This document shows, piece after piece, positions 41,241 to 56,600 of a DNA stretch of 64,000 nt. The translations under genes were made by a program, and so were the position numbers. Every line of letters starts with the position of its first letter. Position 1 is the stretch's first letter. Source of the DNA: the human T2T-CHM13v2.0 reference genome, Homo sapiens; the NCBI RefSeq assembly GCF_009914755.1, contig NC_060939.1. One strand, 5' to 3'. The notes below the pieces were generated by a model. The model searched no databases. It was given only the letters and a program-made list of their open reading frames with translations, and had not been told where the DNA came from.

Positions 41241-41644
41241 CATTCCATTCGATACCATTCCATATTGTTCCATTCGATTCCATTCGAATCCATTCCATTC
41301 CAGTCCATTCCATTCGATTCCATTCCATTCATTTCAATTCCATTCCATTCCATTCCATTCCATTCCACTTGATTCCTCTCCATTCCCTTCCACTGCATTC
41401 CGTTCGATTCCATTCCATTGCATTGCATTCCATTCCATTGGATTGCATTCCATTCGATTCCATTCCATTCGAATCAATTACATAGCAATCCATTACATTC
41501 GAGTCTATTCTATTCCGTTCCATTCGATTTCGTTCCAATCCATTGGATTCCATTCCATTCGATTCCATTCCATACTATTGCATTCCATTCGATTACATTA
41601 TATTCGAATAAGTTCCATTCAAGACCATTTCTTTTGAGTCCATT

Positions 41645-44600
41645 CTATTTGAGTCCATTCCCTTTGATTCCATAACATTTGAGTCCATTCAATTCCATTC
41701 CTTTCGTTTCCATTCCATTTGATGCCATTCCATTCAATTCTGTTCTACTCGACTCCAATACATTCAATTCCATTCCATCCGATTCCATTACATTCTTTTC
41801 ATTTCTTATCCATTTCAAGCCATTCCACTCCATTCCATTCCACTCGTTTCCTTTCCATTCGAGTCCATTCCTCTCCAGTCCATTCCGTTCAATCCATTCC
41901 ATTCCAGTCCATTCCATTCGAGTCCGTTCCATTCCAGTCCATTCCATTCGAGTCAATTCCATCCCATTCGATGTCTTTCCATAACGATCCATTCCATTCT
42001 ATTCCTTTCGATTCCATTCCATTCTATTTCATTCCATTCGATTCCCTTCCATTGGACTCCTTTCCATTCGAGTGCATTCCATTCCGTTCCATTTCTTTCC
42101 GTTCTGTACGATTCCTACCGTTCGATTTCATTTTGTTCCAGTCCATTCCTTTCGCGTCCATTCCATTCCATTTCACTCCATTCGATTCCATTCCACTCGA
42201 TTCCACTTCGTTCCATTTCATTGCATTCCATTCTATTCAACTCTATTGTCTTCCATTCCATTCCATTCGATTACATTCCATGCGATTCCATTCGAAATCG
42301 AATCAATTACATTGCAATCCATTACTATTGAGTCCGTTTTATTCCAGTCCACTGCATTCTGGTCCATTCCATTTGATTCCATTCCATTCTATTCCATTCC
42401 ATACAGTTGCATTCCATTGGATTCCATTGTATATCTATAAATTCAATTCGAGACCATTGCTTTTGAGTCCATTCTATATGATTCCATTCCATTCAAGTCC
42501 ATTACATTTGGTTCAATTCCATTCCATTCCATTCCCTTCCATTCCATTCCAGTTGATATCAATCCATTCGATTCCATTCCATTCGAGCACATTCCATTCG
42601 ACTCCATTCCATTCGATGCCATTCCATTTGATTCTATTCCATTAGTCTCCATTCAATTCCATTAATCTCCATTCCATTCCATTCTACTCCAACTGATTCC
42701 ATTCCATTCTATTCCTTTCCATTCCATTTCATTCCATTCCATTCCATTCCATTCCATTCGCTTCCATTCCATTCATGTCCATTGCATTCCAGTCCATTCC
42801 ATTTGTGTCCACTGCATTCCATTCCACTCCATTCCATATTATTCCATTACACTCCATTCCATTCTATTACTTTCATTTCCATTGAATTCCATTCCATTTG
42901 ATTCCATTCCACTCGGTTTCATTCCATTTGAGTCCACTCCACTCCATTCCATTCCATTCCATTCCATTCAGTTCCATTCCATTCTGTTCCATTCCATTCC
43001 GTTCCATTGCATTCCATTCCATTCGGTACCATTCCATATTGTTCCATTCGATTCCATTCGAATCCATTCCATTCCAGTCCATTCCATTCGATTCCATTCC
43101 ATTCCTTTCAATTCTATTCCATTCCATTCCATTCCACTTGATTCCACTCCATTCCCTTCCACTGCATTCCATTGCATTGCATTCCATTCCATTGGACTGC
43201 ATTCCATTCGATTCCATTCCATTCGAATCAATTACATAGCAATCCATTACATTCGAGTCTATTCTATTCCGTTCCATTCGATTTCGTTCCAATCCATTCG
43301 ATTCCATTCCATTCGATTCCATTCCATACTATTGCATTCCATTCGATTACATTATATTCGAATAAGTTCCATTCAAGACCATTTCTTTTGAGTCCATTCT
43401 ATTTGAGTCCATTCCCTTTGATTCCATAACATTTGAGTCCATTCAATTCCATTCCTTTCGTTTCCATTCCATTTGATGCCATTCCATTCAATTCTGTTCT
43501 ACTCGACTCCAATACATTCAATTCCATTCCATCCGATTCCATTACATTCTTTTCATTTCTTATCCATTTCAAGCCATTCCACTCCATTCCATTCCACTCG
43601 TTTCCTTTCCATTCGAGTCCATTCCTCTCCAGTCCATTCCGTTCAATCCATTCCATTCCAGTCCATTCCATTCGAGTCCGTTCCATTCCAGTCCATTCCA
43701 TTCGAGTCAATTCCATCCCATTCGATGTCTTTCCATAACGATCCATTCCATTCTATTCCTTTCGATTCCATTCCATTCTATTTCATTCCATTCGATTCCC
43801 TTCCATTGGACTCCTTTCCATTCGAGTGCATTCCATTCCGTTCCATTTCTTTCCGTTCTGTACGATTCCTACCGTTCGATTTCATTTTCTTCCAGTCCAT
43901 TCTTTCGCGTCCATTCCATTCCATTTCACTCCATTCGATTCCATTCCACTCGATTCCACTTCGTTCCATTTCATTGCATTCCATTCTATTCAACTCTATT
44001 GCCTTCCATTCCATTCCATTCGATTACATTTCTTGCGATTCCATTCGAAATCAAATCAATTACATTGCAATCCATTACTATTGAGTCCGTTTTATTCCAG
44101 TCCACTGCATTCTGGTCCATTCCATTTGATTCCATTCCATTCTATTCCATTCCATACAGTTGCATTCCATTGGATTCCATGCTATATCTATAAATTCAAT
44201 TCGAGACCATTGCTTTTGAGTCCATTCTATATGATTCCATTCCATTCAAGTCCATTACATTTGGTTAAATTCCATTCCATTCGGTTCAATTCCATTCCAT
44301 TCCATTCCCTTCCATTCCATTCCAGTTGATATCAATCCATTCGATTCCATTCCATTCGAGCACATTCCATTCGAGTCCATTCCATTCGATGCCATTCCAT
44401 TTGATTCTATTCCATTAGTCTCCATTCAATTCCATTAATCTCCATTCCATTCCATTCTACTCCAACTGATTCCATTCCATTCTATTCCTTTCCATTCCAT
44501 TTCATTCCATTCCATTCCATTCCATTCCATTCCATTCCATTCGTGTCCATTCCACTCCAGTCCATTCCATTCGTATCCATTCCATTCCAGTCCATTCCAT

Positions 44601-47600
44601 TTGTGTCCACTGCATTCCATTCCACTCCATTCCATATTATTCCATTACACTCCATTCCATTCTATTACTTTCATTTCCATTCAATTCCATTCCATTTGAT
44701 TCCATTCCACTCGGTTTCATTCCATTTGAGTCCACTCCATTCCATTCCATTCCATTCAGTTCCATTCCATTCTGTTCCATTCCATTCCGTTCCATTACAT
44801 TCCATTCCATTCGGTACCATTCCATATTGTTCCATTCGATTCCATTCGAATCCATTCCATTCCAGTCCATTCCATTCGATTCCATTCCATTCATTTCAAT
44901 TCCATTCCATTCCATTCCATTACATTCCACTTGATTCCTCTCCATTCCCTTCCACTGCATTCCGTTCGATTCCATTCCATTGCATTGCATTCCATTCCAT
45001 TGGATTGCATTCCATTCGATTCCATTCCATTCGAATCAATTACATAGCAATCCATTACATTCGAGTCTATTCTCTTCCGTTCCATTCGATTTCGTTCCAA
45101 TCCATTCGATTCCATTCCATTCGATTCCATTCCATACTATTGCATTCCATTCGATTACATTATATTCGAATAAGTTCCATTCAAGACCATTTCTTTTGAG
45201 TCCATTCTATTTGAGTCCATTCCCTTTGATTCCATAACATTTGAGTCCATTCAATTCCATTCCTTTCGTTTCCATTCCATTTGATGCCATTCCATTCAAT
45301 TCTGTTCTACTCGACTCCAATACATTCAATTCCATTCCATCCGATTCCATTACATTCTTTTCATTTCTTATCCATTTCAAGCCATTCCACTCCATTCCAT
45401 TCCACTCGTTTCCTTTCCATTCGAGTCCATTCCTCTCCAGTCCATTCCGTTCAATCCATTCCATTCCAGTCCATTCCATTCGAGTCCGTTCCATTCCAGT
45501 CCATTCCATTCGAGTCAATTCCATTCCATTCGATGTCTTTCCATAACGATCCATTCCATTCTATTCCTTTCGATTCCATTCCATTCTATTTCATTCCATT
45601 CGATTCCCTTCCATTGGACTCCTTTCCATTCGAGTGCATTCCATTCCGTTCCATTTCTTTCCGTTCTGTACGATTCCTACCGTTCGATTTCATTTTGTTC
45701 CAGTCCATTCTTTCGCGTCCATTCCATTCCATTTCACTCCATTCGATTCCATTCCACTCGATTCCACTTCGTTCCATTTCATTGCATTCCATTCTATTCA
45801 ACTCTATTGCCTTCCATTCCATTCCATTCGATTACATTCCATGCGATTCCATTCGAAATCGAATCAATTACATTGCAATCCATTACTATTGAGTCCGTTT
45901 TATTCCAGTCCACTGCATTCTGGTCCATTCCATTTGATTCCATTCCATTCTATTCCATTCCATACAGTTGCATTCCATTGGATTCCATGCTATATCTATA
46001 AATTCAATTCGAGACCATTGCTTTTGAGTCCATTCTATATGATTCCATTCCATTCAAGTCCATTACATTTGGTTCAATTCCATTCCATTCGGTTCAATTC
46101 CATTCCATTCCATTCCCTTCCATTCCATTCCAGTTGATATCAATCCATTCGATTCCATTCCATTCGAGCACATTCCATTCGAGTCCATTCCATTCGATGC
46201 CATTCCATTTGATTCTATTCCATTAGTCTCCATTCAATTCCATTAATCTCCATTCCATTCCATTCTACTCCAACTGATTCCATTCCATTCTATTCCTTTT
46301 TATTCCATTTCATTCCATTCCATTCCATTCCATTCCATTCCATTCGTGTCCATTCCACTCCAGTCCATTCCATTCGTATCCATTCCATTCCAGTCCATTC
46401 CATTTGTGTCCACTGCATTCCATTCCACTCCATTCCATATTATTCCATTACACTCCATTCCATTCTATTACTTTCATTTCCATTCAATTCCATTCCATTT
46501 GATTCCACTCCACTCGGTTTCATTCCATTTGAGTCCACTCCATTCCATTCCATTCCATTCAGTTCCATTCCATTCTGTTCCATTCCATTCCGTTCCATTA
46601 CATTCCATTCCATTCGGTACCATTCCATATTGTTCCATTCGATTCCATTCGAATCCATTCCATTCCAGTCCATTCCATTCGATTCCATTCCATTCATTTC
46701 AATTCCATTCCATTCCATTCCATTACATTCCACTTGATTCCTCTCCATTCCCTTCCACTGCATTCCGTTCGATTCCATTCCATTGCATTGCATTCCATTC
46801 CATTGGATTGCATTCCATTCGATTCCATTCCATTCGAATCAATTACATAGCAATCCATTACATTCGAGTCTATTCTCTTCCGTTCCATTCGATTTCGTTC
46901 CAATCCATTCGATTCCATTCCATTCGATTCCATTCCATACTATTGCATTCCATTCGATTACATTATATTCGAATAAGTTCCATTCAAGACCATTTCTTTT
47001 GAGTCCATTCTATTTGAGTCCATTCCCTTTGATTCCATAACATTTGAGTCCATTCAATTCCATTCCTTTCGTTTCCATTCCATTTGATGCCATTCCATTC
47101 AATTCTGTTCTACTCGACTCCAATACATTCAATTCCATTCCATCCGATTCCATTACATTCTTTTCATTTCTTATCCATTTCAAGCCATTCCACTCCATTC
47201 CATTCCACTCGTTTCTTTTCCATTCGAGTCCATTCCTCTCCAGTCCATTCCGTTCAATCCATTCCATTCCAGTCCATTCCATTCGAGTCCGTTCCATTCC
47301 AGTCCATTCCATTCGAGTCAATTCCATTCCATTCGATGTCTTTCCATAACGATCCATTCCATTCTATTCCTTTCGATTCCATTCTATTCTATTTCATTCC
47401 ATTCGATTCCCTTCCATTGGACTCCTTTCCATTCGAGTGCATTCCATTCCGTTCCATTTCTTTCCGTTCTGTACGATTCCTACCGTTCAATTTCATTTTG
47501 TTCCAGTCCATTCTTTCGCGTCCATTCCATTCCATTTCACTCCATTCGATTCCATTCCACTCGATTCCACTTCGTTCCATTTCATTGCATTCCATTCTAT

Positions 47601-50600
47601 TCAACTCTATTGCCTTCCATTCCATTCCATTCGATTACATTCCATGCGATTCCATTCGAAATCGAATCAATTACATTGCAATCCATTACTATTGAGTCCG
47701 TTTTATTCCAGTCCACTGCATTCTGGTCCATTCCATTTGATTCCATTCCATTCTATTCCATTCCATACAGTTGCATTCCATTGGATTCCATGCTATATCT
47801 ATAAATTCAATTCGAGACCATTGCTTTTGAGTCCATTCTATATGATTCCATTCCATTCAAGTCCATTACATTTGGTTAAATTCCATTCCATTCGGTTCAA
47901 TTCCATTCCATTCCATTCCCTTCCATTCCATTCCAGTTGATATCAATCCATTCGATTCCATTCCATTCGAGCACATTCCATTCGAGTCCATTCCATTCGA
48001 TGCCATTCCATTTGATTCTATTCCATTAGTCTCCATTCAATTCCATTAATCTCCATTCCATTCCATTCTACTCCAACTGATTCCATTCCATTCTATTCCT
48101 TTCCATTCCATTTCATTCCATTCCATTCCATTCCATTCCATTCCATTCCATTCCATTCCATTCGTGTCCATTCCACTCCAGTCCATTCCATTCGTATCCA
48201 TTCCATTCCAGTCCATTCCATTTGTGTCCACTGCATTCCATTCCACTCCATTCTATATTATTCCATTACACTCCATTCCATTCTATTACTTTCATTTCCA
48301 TTCAATTCCATTCCATTTGATTCCATTCCACTCGGTTTCATTCCATTTGAGTCCACTCCATTCCATTCCATTCCATTCAGTTCCATTCCATTCTGTTCCA
48401 TTCCATTCCGTTCCATTACATTCCATTCCATTCGGTACCATTCCATATTGTTCCATTCGATTCCATTCGAATCCATTCCATTCCAGTCCATTCCATTCGA
48501 TTCCATTCCATTCATTTCAATTCCATTCCATTCCATTCCATTCCATTCCACTTGATTCCTCTCCATTCCCTTCCACTGCATTCCGTTCGATTCCATTCCA
48601 TTGCATTGCATTCCATTCCATTGGATTGCATTCCATTCGATTCCATTCCATTCGAATCAATTACATAGCAATCCATTACATTCGAGTCTATTCTCTTCCG
48701 TTCCATTCGATTTCGTTCCAATCCATTCGATTCCATTCCATTCGATTCCATTCCATACTATTGCATTCCATTCGATTACAATATATTAGAATAAGTTCCA
48801 TTCAAGACCATTTCTTTTGAGTCCATTCTATTTGAGTCCATTCCCTTTGATTCCATAACATTTGAGTCCATTCAATTCCATTCCTTTCGTTTCCATTCCA
48901 TTTGATGCCATTCCATTCAATTCTGTTCTACTCGACTCCAATACATTCAATTCCATTCCATCCGATTCCATTACATTCTTTTCATTTCTTATCCATTTCA
49001 AGCCATTCCACTCCATTCCATTCCACTCGTTTCCTTTCCATTCGAGTCCATTCCTCTCCAGTCCATTCCGTTCAATCCATTCCATTCCAGTCCATTCCAT
49101 TCGAGTCCGTTCCATTCCAGTCCATTCCATTCGAGTCAATTCCATCCCATTCGATGTCTTTCCATAACGATCCATTCCATTCTATTCCTTTCGATTCCAT
49201 TCCATTCTATTTCATTCCATTCGATTCCCTTCCATTGGACTCCTTTCCATTCGAGTGCATTCCATTCCGTTCCATTTCTTTCCGTTCTGTACGATTCCTA
49301 CCGTTCGATTTCATTTTGTTCCAGTCCATTCCTTTCGCGTCCATTCCATTCCATTTCACTCCATTCGATTCCATTCCACTCGATTCCACTTCGTTCCATT
49401 TCATTGCATTCCATTCTATTCAAATCTATTGCCTTCCATTCCATTCCATTCGATTACATTCCATGCGATTCCATTCGAAATCGAATCAATTACATTGCAA
49501 TCCATTACTATTGAGTCCATTTTATTCCAGTCCACTGCATTCTGGTCCATTCCATTTGATTCCATTCCATTCTATTCCATTCCATACAGTTGCATTCCAT
49601 TGGATTCCAAACTATATCTATAAATTCAATTCGAGACCATTGCTTTTGAGTCCATTCTATATGATTCCATTCCATTCAAGTCCATTACATTTGGTTCAAT
49701 TCCATTCCATTCCATTCCCTTCCATTCCATTCCAGTTGATATCAATCCATTCGATTCCATTCCATTCGAGCACATTCCATTCGAGTCCATTCCATTCGAT
49801 GCCATTCCATTTGATTCTATTCCATTAGTCTCCATTCAATTCCATTAATCTCCATTCCATTCCATTCTACTCCAACTGATTCCATTCCATTCTATTCCTT
49901 TCCATTCCATTTCATTCCATTCCATTCCATTTCATTCCATTCCATTCCATTCGTGTCCATTCCACTCCAGTCCATTCCATTCGTGTCCATTCCATTCCAG
50001 TCCATTCCATTTGTGTCCACTGCATTCCATTCCACTCCATTCCATATTATTCCATTACACTCCATTCCATTCTATTACTTTCATTTCCATTCAATTCCAT
50101 TCCATTTGATTCCATTCCACTCGGTTTCATTCCATTTGAGTCCACTCCATTCCATTCCATTCCATTCAGTTCCATTCCATTCTGTTCCATTCCATTCCGT
50201 TCCATTACATTCCATTCCATTCGGTACCATTCCATATTGTTCCATTCGATTCCATTCGAATCCATTCCATTCCAGTCCATTCCATTCGATTCCATTCCAT
50301 TCATTTCAATTCCATTCCATTCCATTCCATTCCATTCCATTCCACTTGATTCCTCTCCATTCCCTTCCACTGCATTCCGTTCGATTCCATTCCATTGCAT
50401 TGCATTCCATTCCATTGGATTGCATTCCATTCGATTCCATTCCATTCGAATCAATTACATAGCAATCCATTACATTCGAGTCTATTCTCTTCCGTTCCAT
50501 TCGATTTCGTTCCAATCCATTCGATTCCATTCCATTCGATTCCATTCCATACTATTGCATTCCATTCGATTACATTATATTCGAATAAGTTCCATTCAAG

Positions 50601-53600
50601 ACCATTTCTTTTGAGTCCATTCTATTTGAGTCCATTCCCTTTGATTCCATAACATTTGAGTCCATTCAATTCCATTCCTTTCGTTTCCATTCCATTTGAT
50701 GCCATTCCATTCAATTCTGTTCTACTCGACTCCAATACATTCAATTCCATTCCATCCGATTCCATTACATTCTTTTCATTTCTTATCCATTTCAAGCCAT
50801 TCCACTCCATTCCATTCCACTCGTTTCCTTTCCATTCGAGTCCATTCCTCTCCAGTCCATTCCGTTCAATCCATTCCATTCCAGTCCATTCCATTCGAGT
50901 CCGTTCCATTCCAGTCCATTCCATTCGAGTCAATTCCATCCCATTCGATGTCTTTCCATAACGATCCATTCCATTCTATTCCTTTCGATTCCATTCCATT
51001 CTATTTCATTCCATTCGATTCCCTTCCATTGGACTCCTTTCCATTCGAGTGCATTCCATTCCGTTCCATTTCTTTCCGTTCTGTACGATTCCTACCGTTC
51101 GATTTCATTTTGTTCCAGTCCATTCCTTTCGCGTCCATTCCATTCCATTTCACTCCATTCGATTCCATTCCACTCGATTCCACTTCGTTCCATTTCATTG
51201 CATTCCATTCTATTCAACTCTATTGTCTTCCATTCCATTCCATTCGATTACATTCCATGCGATTCCATTCGAAATCGAATCAATTACATTGCAATCCATT
51301 ACTATTGAGTCCGTTTTATTCCAGTCCACTGCATTCTGGTCCATTCCATTTGATTCCATTCCATTCTATTCCATTCCATACAGTTGCATTCCATTGGATT
51401 CCATTGTATATCTATAAATTCAATTCGAGACCATTGCTTTTGAGTCCATTCTATATGATTCCATTCCATTCAAGTCCATTATATTTGGTTCAATTCCATT
51501 CCATTCCATTCCCTTCCATTCCATTCCAGTTGATATCAATCCATTCGATTCCATTCCATTCGAGCACATTCCATTCGAGTCCATTCCATTCGATGCCATT
51601 CCATTTGATTCTATTCCATTAGTCTCCATTCAATTCCATTAATCTCCATTCCATTCCATTCTACTCCAACTGATTCCATTCCATTCTATTCCTTTCCATT
51701 CCATTTCATTCCATTCCATTCCATTTCATTCCATTCCATTCCATTCCATTCCATTCGCTTCCATTCCATTCATGTCCATTGCATTCCAGTCCATTCCATT
51801 TGTGTCCACTGCATTCCATTCCACTCCATTCCATATTATTCCATTACACTCCATTCCATTCTATTACTTTCATTTCCATTGAATTCCATTCCATTTGATT
51901 CCATTCCACTCGGTTTCATTCCATTTGAGTCCACTCCACTCCATTCCATTCCATTCCATTCCATTCAGTTCCATTCCATTCTGTTCCATTCCATTCCGTT
52001 CCATTGCATTCCATTCCATTCGGTACCATTCCATATTGTTCCATTCGATTCCATTCGAATCCATTCCATTCCAGTCCATTCCATTCGATTCCATTCCATT
52101 CCTTTCAATTCTATTCCATTCCATTCCATTCCACTTGATTCCACTCCATTCCCTTCCACTGCATTCCATTGCATTGCATTCCATTCCATTGGACTGCATT
52201 CCATTCGATTCCATTCCATTCGAATCAATTACATAGCAATCCATTACATTCGAGTCTATTCTCTTCCGTTCCATTCGATTTCGTTCCAATCCATTCGATT
52301 CCATTCCATTCGATTCCATTCCATACTATTGCATTCCATTCGATTACATTATATTCGAATAAGTTCCATTCAAGACCATTTCTTTTGAGTCCATTCTATT
52401 TGAGTCCATTCCCTTTGATTCCATAACATTTGAGTCCATTCAATTCCATTCCTTTCGTTTCCATTCCATTTGATGCCATTCCATTCAATTCTGTTCTACT
52501 CGACTCCAATACATTCAATTCCATTCCATCCGATTCCATTACATTCTTTTCATTTCTTATCCATTTCAAGCCATTCCACTCCATTCCATTCCACTCGTTT
52601 CCTTTCCATTCGAGTCCATTCCTCTCCAGTCCATTCCGTTCAATCCATTCCATTCCAGTCCATTCCATTCGAGTCCGTTCCATTCCAGTCCATTCCATTC
52701 GAGTCAATTCCATCCCATTCGATGTCTTTCCATAACGATCCATTCCATTCTATTCCTTTCGATTCCATTCCATTCTATTTCATTCCATTCGATTCCCTTC
52801 CATTGGACTCCTTTCCATTCGAGTGCATTCCATTCCGTTCCATTTCTTTCCGTTCTGTACGATTCCTACCGTTCGATTTCATTTTGTTCCAGTCCATTCT
52901 TTCGCGTCCATTCCATTCCATTTCACTCCATTCGATTCCATTCCACTCGATTCCACTTCGTTCCATTTCATTGCATTCCATTCTATTCAACTCTATTGCC
53001 TTCCATTCCATTCCATTCGATTACATTCCATGCGATTCCATTCGAAATCGAATCAATTACATTGCAATCCATTACTATTGAGTCCGTTTTATTCCAGTCC
53101 ACTGCATTCTGGTCCATTCCATTTGATTCCATTCCATTCTATTCCATTCCATACAGTTGCATTCCATTGGATTCCATGCTATATCTATAAATTCAATTCG
53201 AGACCATTGCTTTTGAGTCCATTCTATATGATTCCATTCCATTCAAGTCCATTACATTTGGTTAAATTCCATTCCATTCGGTTCAATTCCATTCCATTCC
53301 ATTCCCTTCCATTCCATTCCAGTTGATATCAATCCATTCGATTCCATTCCATTCGAGCACATTCCATTCGAGTCCATTCCATTCGATGCCATTCCATTTG
53401 ATTCTATTCCATTAGTCTCCATTCAATTCCATTAATCTCCATTCCATTCCATTCTACTCCAACTGATTCCATTCCATTCTATTCCTTTCCATTCCATTTC
53501 ATTCCATTCCATTCCATTCCATTCCATTCCATTCCATTCGTGTCCATTCCACTCCAGTCCATTCCATTCGTATCCATTCCATTCCAGTCCATTCCATTTG

Positions 53601-56600
53601 TGTCCACTGCATTCCATTCCACTCCATTCCATATTATTCCATTACACTCCATTCCATTCTATTACTTTCATTTCCATTCAATTCCATTCCATTTGATTCC
53701 ATTCCACTCGGTTTCATTCCATTTGAGTCCACTCCATTCCATTCCATTCCATTCAGTTCCATTCCATTCTGTTCCATTCCATTCCGTTCCATTACATTCC
53801 ATTCCATTCGGTACCATTCCATATTGTTCCATTCGATTCCATTCGAATCCATTCCATTCCAGTCCATTCCATTCGATTCCATTCCATTCATTTCAATTCC
53901 ATTCCATTCCATTCCATTACATTCCACTTGATTCCTCTCCATTCCCTTCCACTGCATTCCGTTCGATTCCATTCCATTGCATTGCATTCCATTCCATTGG
54001 ATTGCATTCCATTCGATTCCATTCCATTCGAATCAATTACATAGCAATCCATTACATTCGAGTCTATTCTCTTCCGTTCCATTCGATTTCGTTCCAATCC
54101 ATTCGATTCCATTCCATTCGATTCCATTCCATACTATTGCATTCCATTCGATTACATTATATTCGAATAAGTTCCATTCAAGACCATTTCTTTTGAGTCC
54201 ATTCTATTTGAGTCCATTCCCTTTGATTCCATAACATTTGAGTCCATTCAATTCCATTCCTTTCGTTTCCATTCCATTTGATGCCATTCCATTCAATTCT
54301 GTTCTACTCGACTCCAATACATTCAATTCCATTCCATCCGATTCCATTACATTCTTTTCATTTCTTATCCATTTCAAGCCATTCCACTCCATTCCATTCC
54401 ACTCGTTTCCTTTCCATTCGAGTCCATTCCTCTCCAGTCCATTCCGTTCAATCCATTCCATTCCAGTCCATTCCATTCGAGTCCGTTCCATTCCAGTCCA
54501 TTCCATTCGAGTCAATTCCATTCCATTCGATGTCTTTCCATAACGATCCATTCCATTCTATTCCTTTCGATTCCATTCCATTCTATTTCATTCCATTCGA
54601 TTCCCTTCCATTGGACTCCTTTCCATTCGAGTGCATTCCATTCCGTTCCATTTCTTTCCGTTCTGTACGATTCCTACCGTTCGATTTCATTTTGTTCCAG
54701 TCCATTCTTTCGCGTCCATTCCATTCCATTTCACTCCATTCGATTCCATTCCACTCGATTCCACTTCGTTCCATTTCATTGCATTCCATTCTATTCAACT
54801 CTATTGCCTTCCATTCCATTCCATTCGATTACATTCCATGCGATTCCATTCGAAATCGAATCAATTACATTGCAATCCATTACTATTGAGTCCGTTTTAT
54901 TCCAGTCCACTGCATTCTGGTCCATTCCATTTGATTCCATTCCATTCTATTCCATTCCATACAGTTGCATTCCATTGGATTCCATGCTATATCTATAAAT
55001 TCAATTCGAGACCATTGCTTTTGAGTCCATTCTATATGATTCCATTCCATTCAAGTCCATTACATTTGGTTAAATTCCATTCCATTCGGTTCAATTCCAT
55101 TCCATTCCATTCCCTTCCATTCCATTCCAGTTGATATCAATCCATTCGATTCCATTCCATTCGAGCACATTCCATTCGAGTCCATTCCATTCGATGCCAT
55201 TCCATTTGATTCTATTCCATTAGTCTCCATTCAATTCCATTAATCTCCATTCCATTCCATTCTACTCCAACTGATTCCATTCCATTCCATTCCTTTTTAT
55301 TCCATTTCATTCCATTCCATTCCATTCCATTCCATTCCATTCGTGTCCATTCCACTCCAGTCCATTCCATTCGTATCCATTCCATTCCAGTCCATTCCAT
55401 TTGTGTCCACTGCATTCCATTCCACTCCATTCCATATTATTCCATTACACTCCATTCCATTCTATTACTTTCATTTCCATTCAATTCCATTCCATTTGAT
55501 TCCATTCCACTCGGTTTCATTCCATTTGAGTCCACTCCATTCCATTCCATTCCATTCAGTTCCATTCCATTCTGTTCCATTCCATTCCGTTCCATTACAT
55601 TCCATTCCATTCGGTACCATTCCATATTGTTCCATTCGATTCCATTCGAATCCATTCCATTCCAGTCCATTCCATTCGATTCCATTCCATTCATTTCAAT
55701 TCCATTCCATTCCATTCCATTACATTCCACTTGATTCCTCTCCATTCCCTTCCACTGCATTCCGTTCGATTCCATTCCATTGCATTGCATTCCATTCCAT
55801 TGGATTGCATTCCATTCGATTCCATTCCATTCGAATCAATTACATAGCAATCCATTACATTCGAGTCTATTCTCTTCCGTTCCATTCGATTTCGTTCCAA
55901 TCCATTCGATTCCATTCCATTCGATTCCATTCCATACTATTGCATTCCATTCGATTACATTATATTCGAATAAGTTCCATTCAAGACCATTTCTTTTGAG
56001 TCCATTCTATTTGAGTCCATTCCCTTTGATTCCATAACATTTGAGTCCATTCAATTCCATTCCTTTCGTTTCCATTCCATTTGATGCCATTCCATTCAAT
56101 TCTGTTCTACTCGACTCCAATACATTCAATTCCATTCCATCCGATTCCATTACATTCTTTTCATTTCTTATCCATTTCAAGCCATTCCACTCCATTCCAT
56201 TCCACTCGTTTCTTTTCCATTCGAGTCCATTCCTCTCCAGTCCATTCCGTTCAATCCATTCCATTCCAGTCCATTCCATTCGAGTCCGTTCCATTCCAGT
56301 CCATTCCATTCGAGTCAATTCCATTCCATTCGATGTCTTTCCATAACGATCCATTCCATTCTATTCCTTTCGATTCCATTCTATTCTATTTCATTCCATT
56401 CGATTCCCTTCCATTGGACTCCTTTCCATTCGAGTGCATTCCATTCCGTTCCATTTCTTTCCGTTCTGTACGATTCCTACCGTTCAATTTCATTTTGTTC
56501 CAGTCCATTCTTTCGCGTCCATTCCATTCCATTTCACTCCATTCGATTCCATTCCACTCGATTCCACTTCGTTCCATTTCATTGCATTCCATTCTATTCA

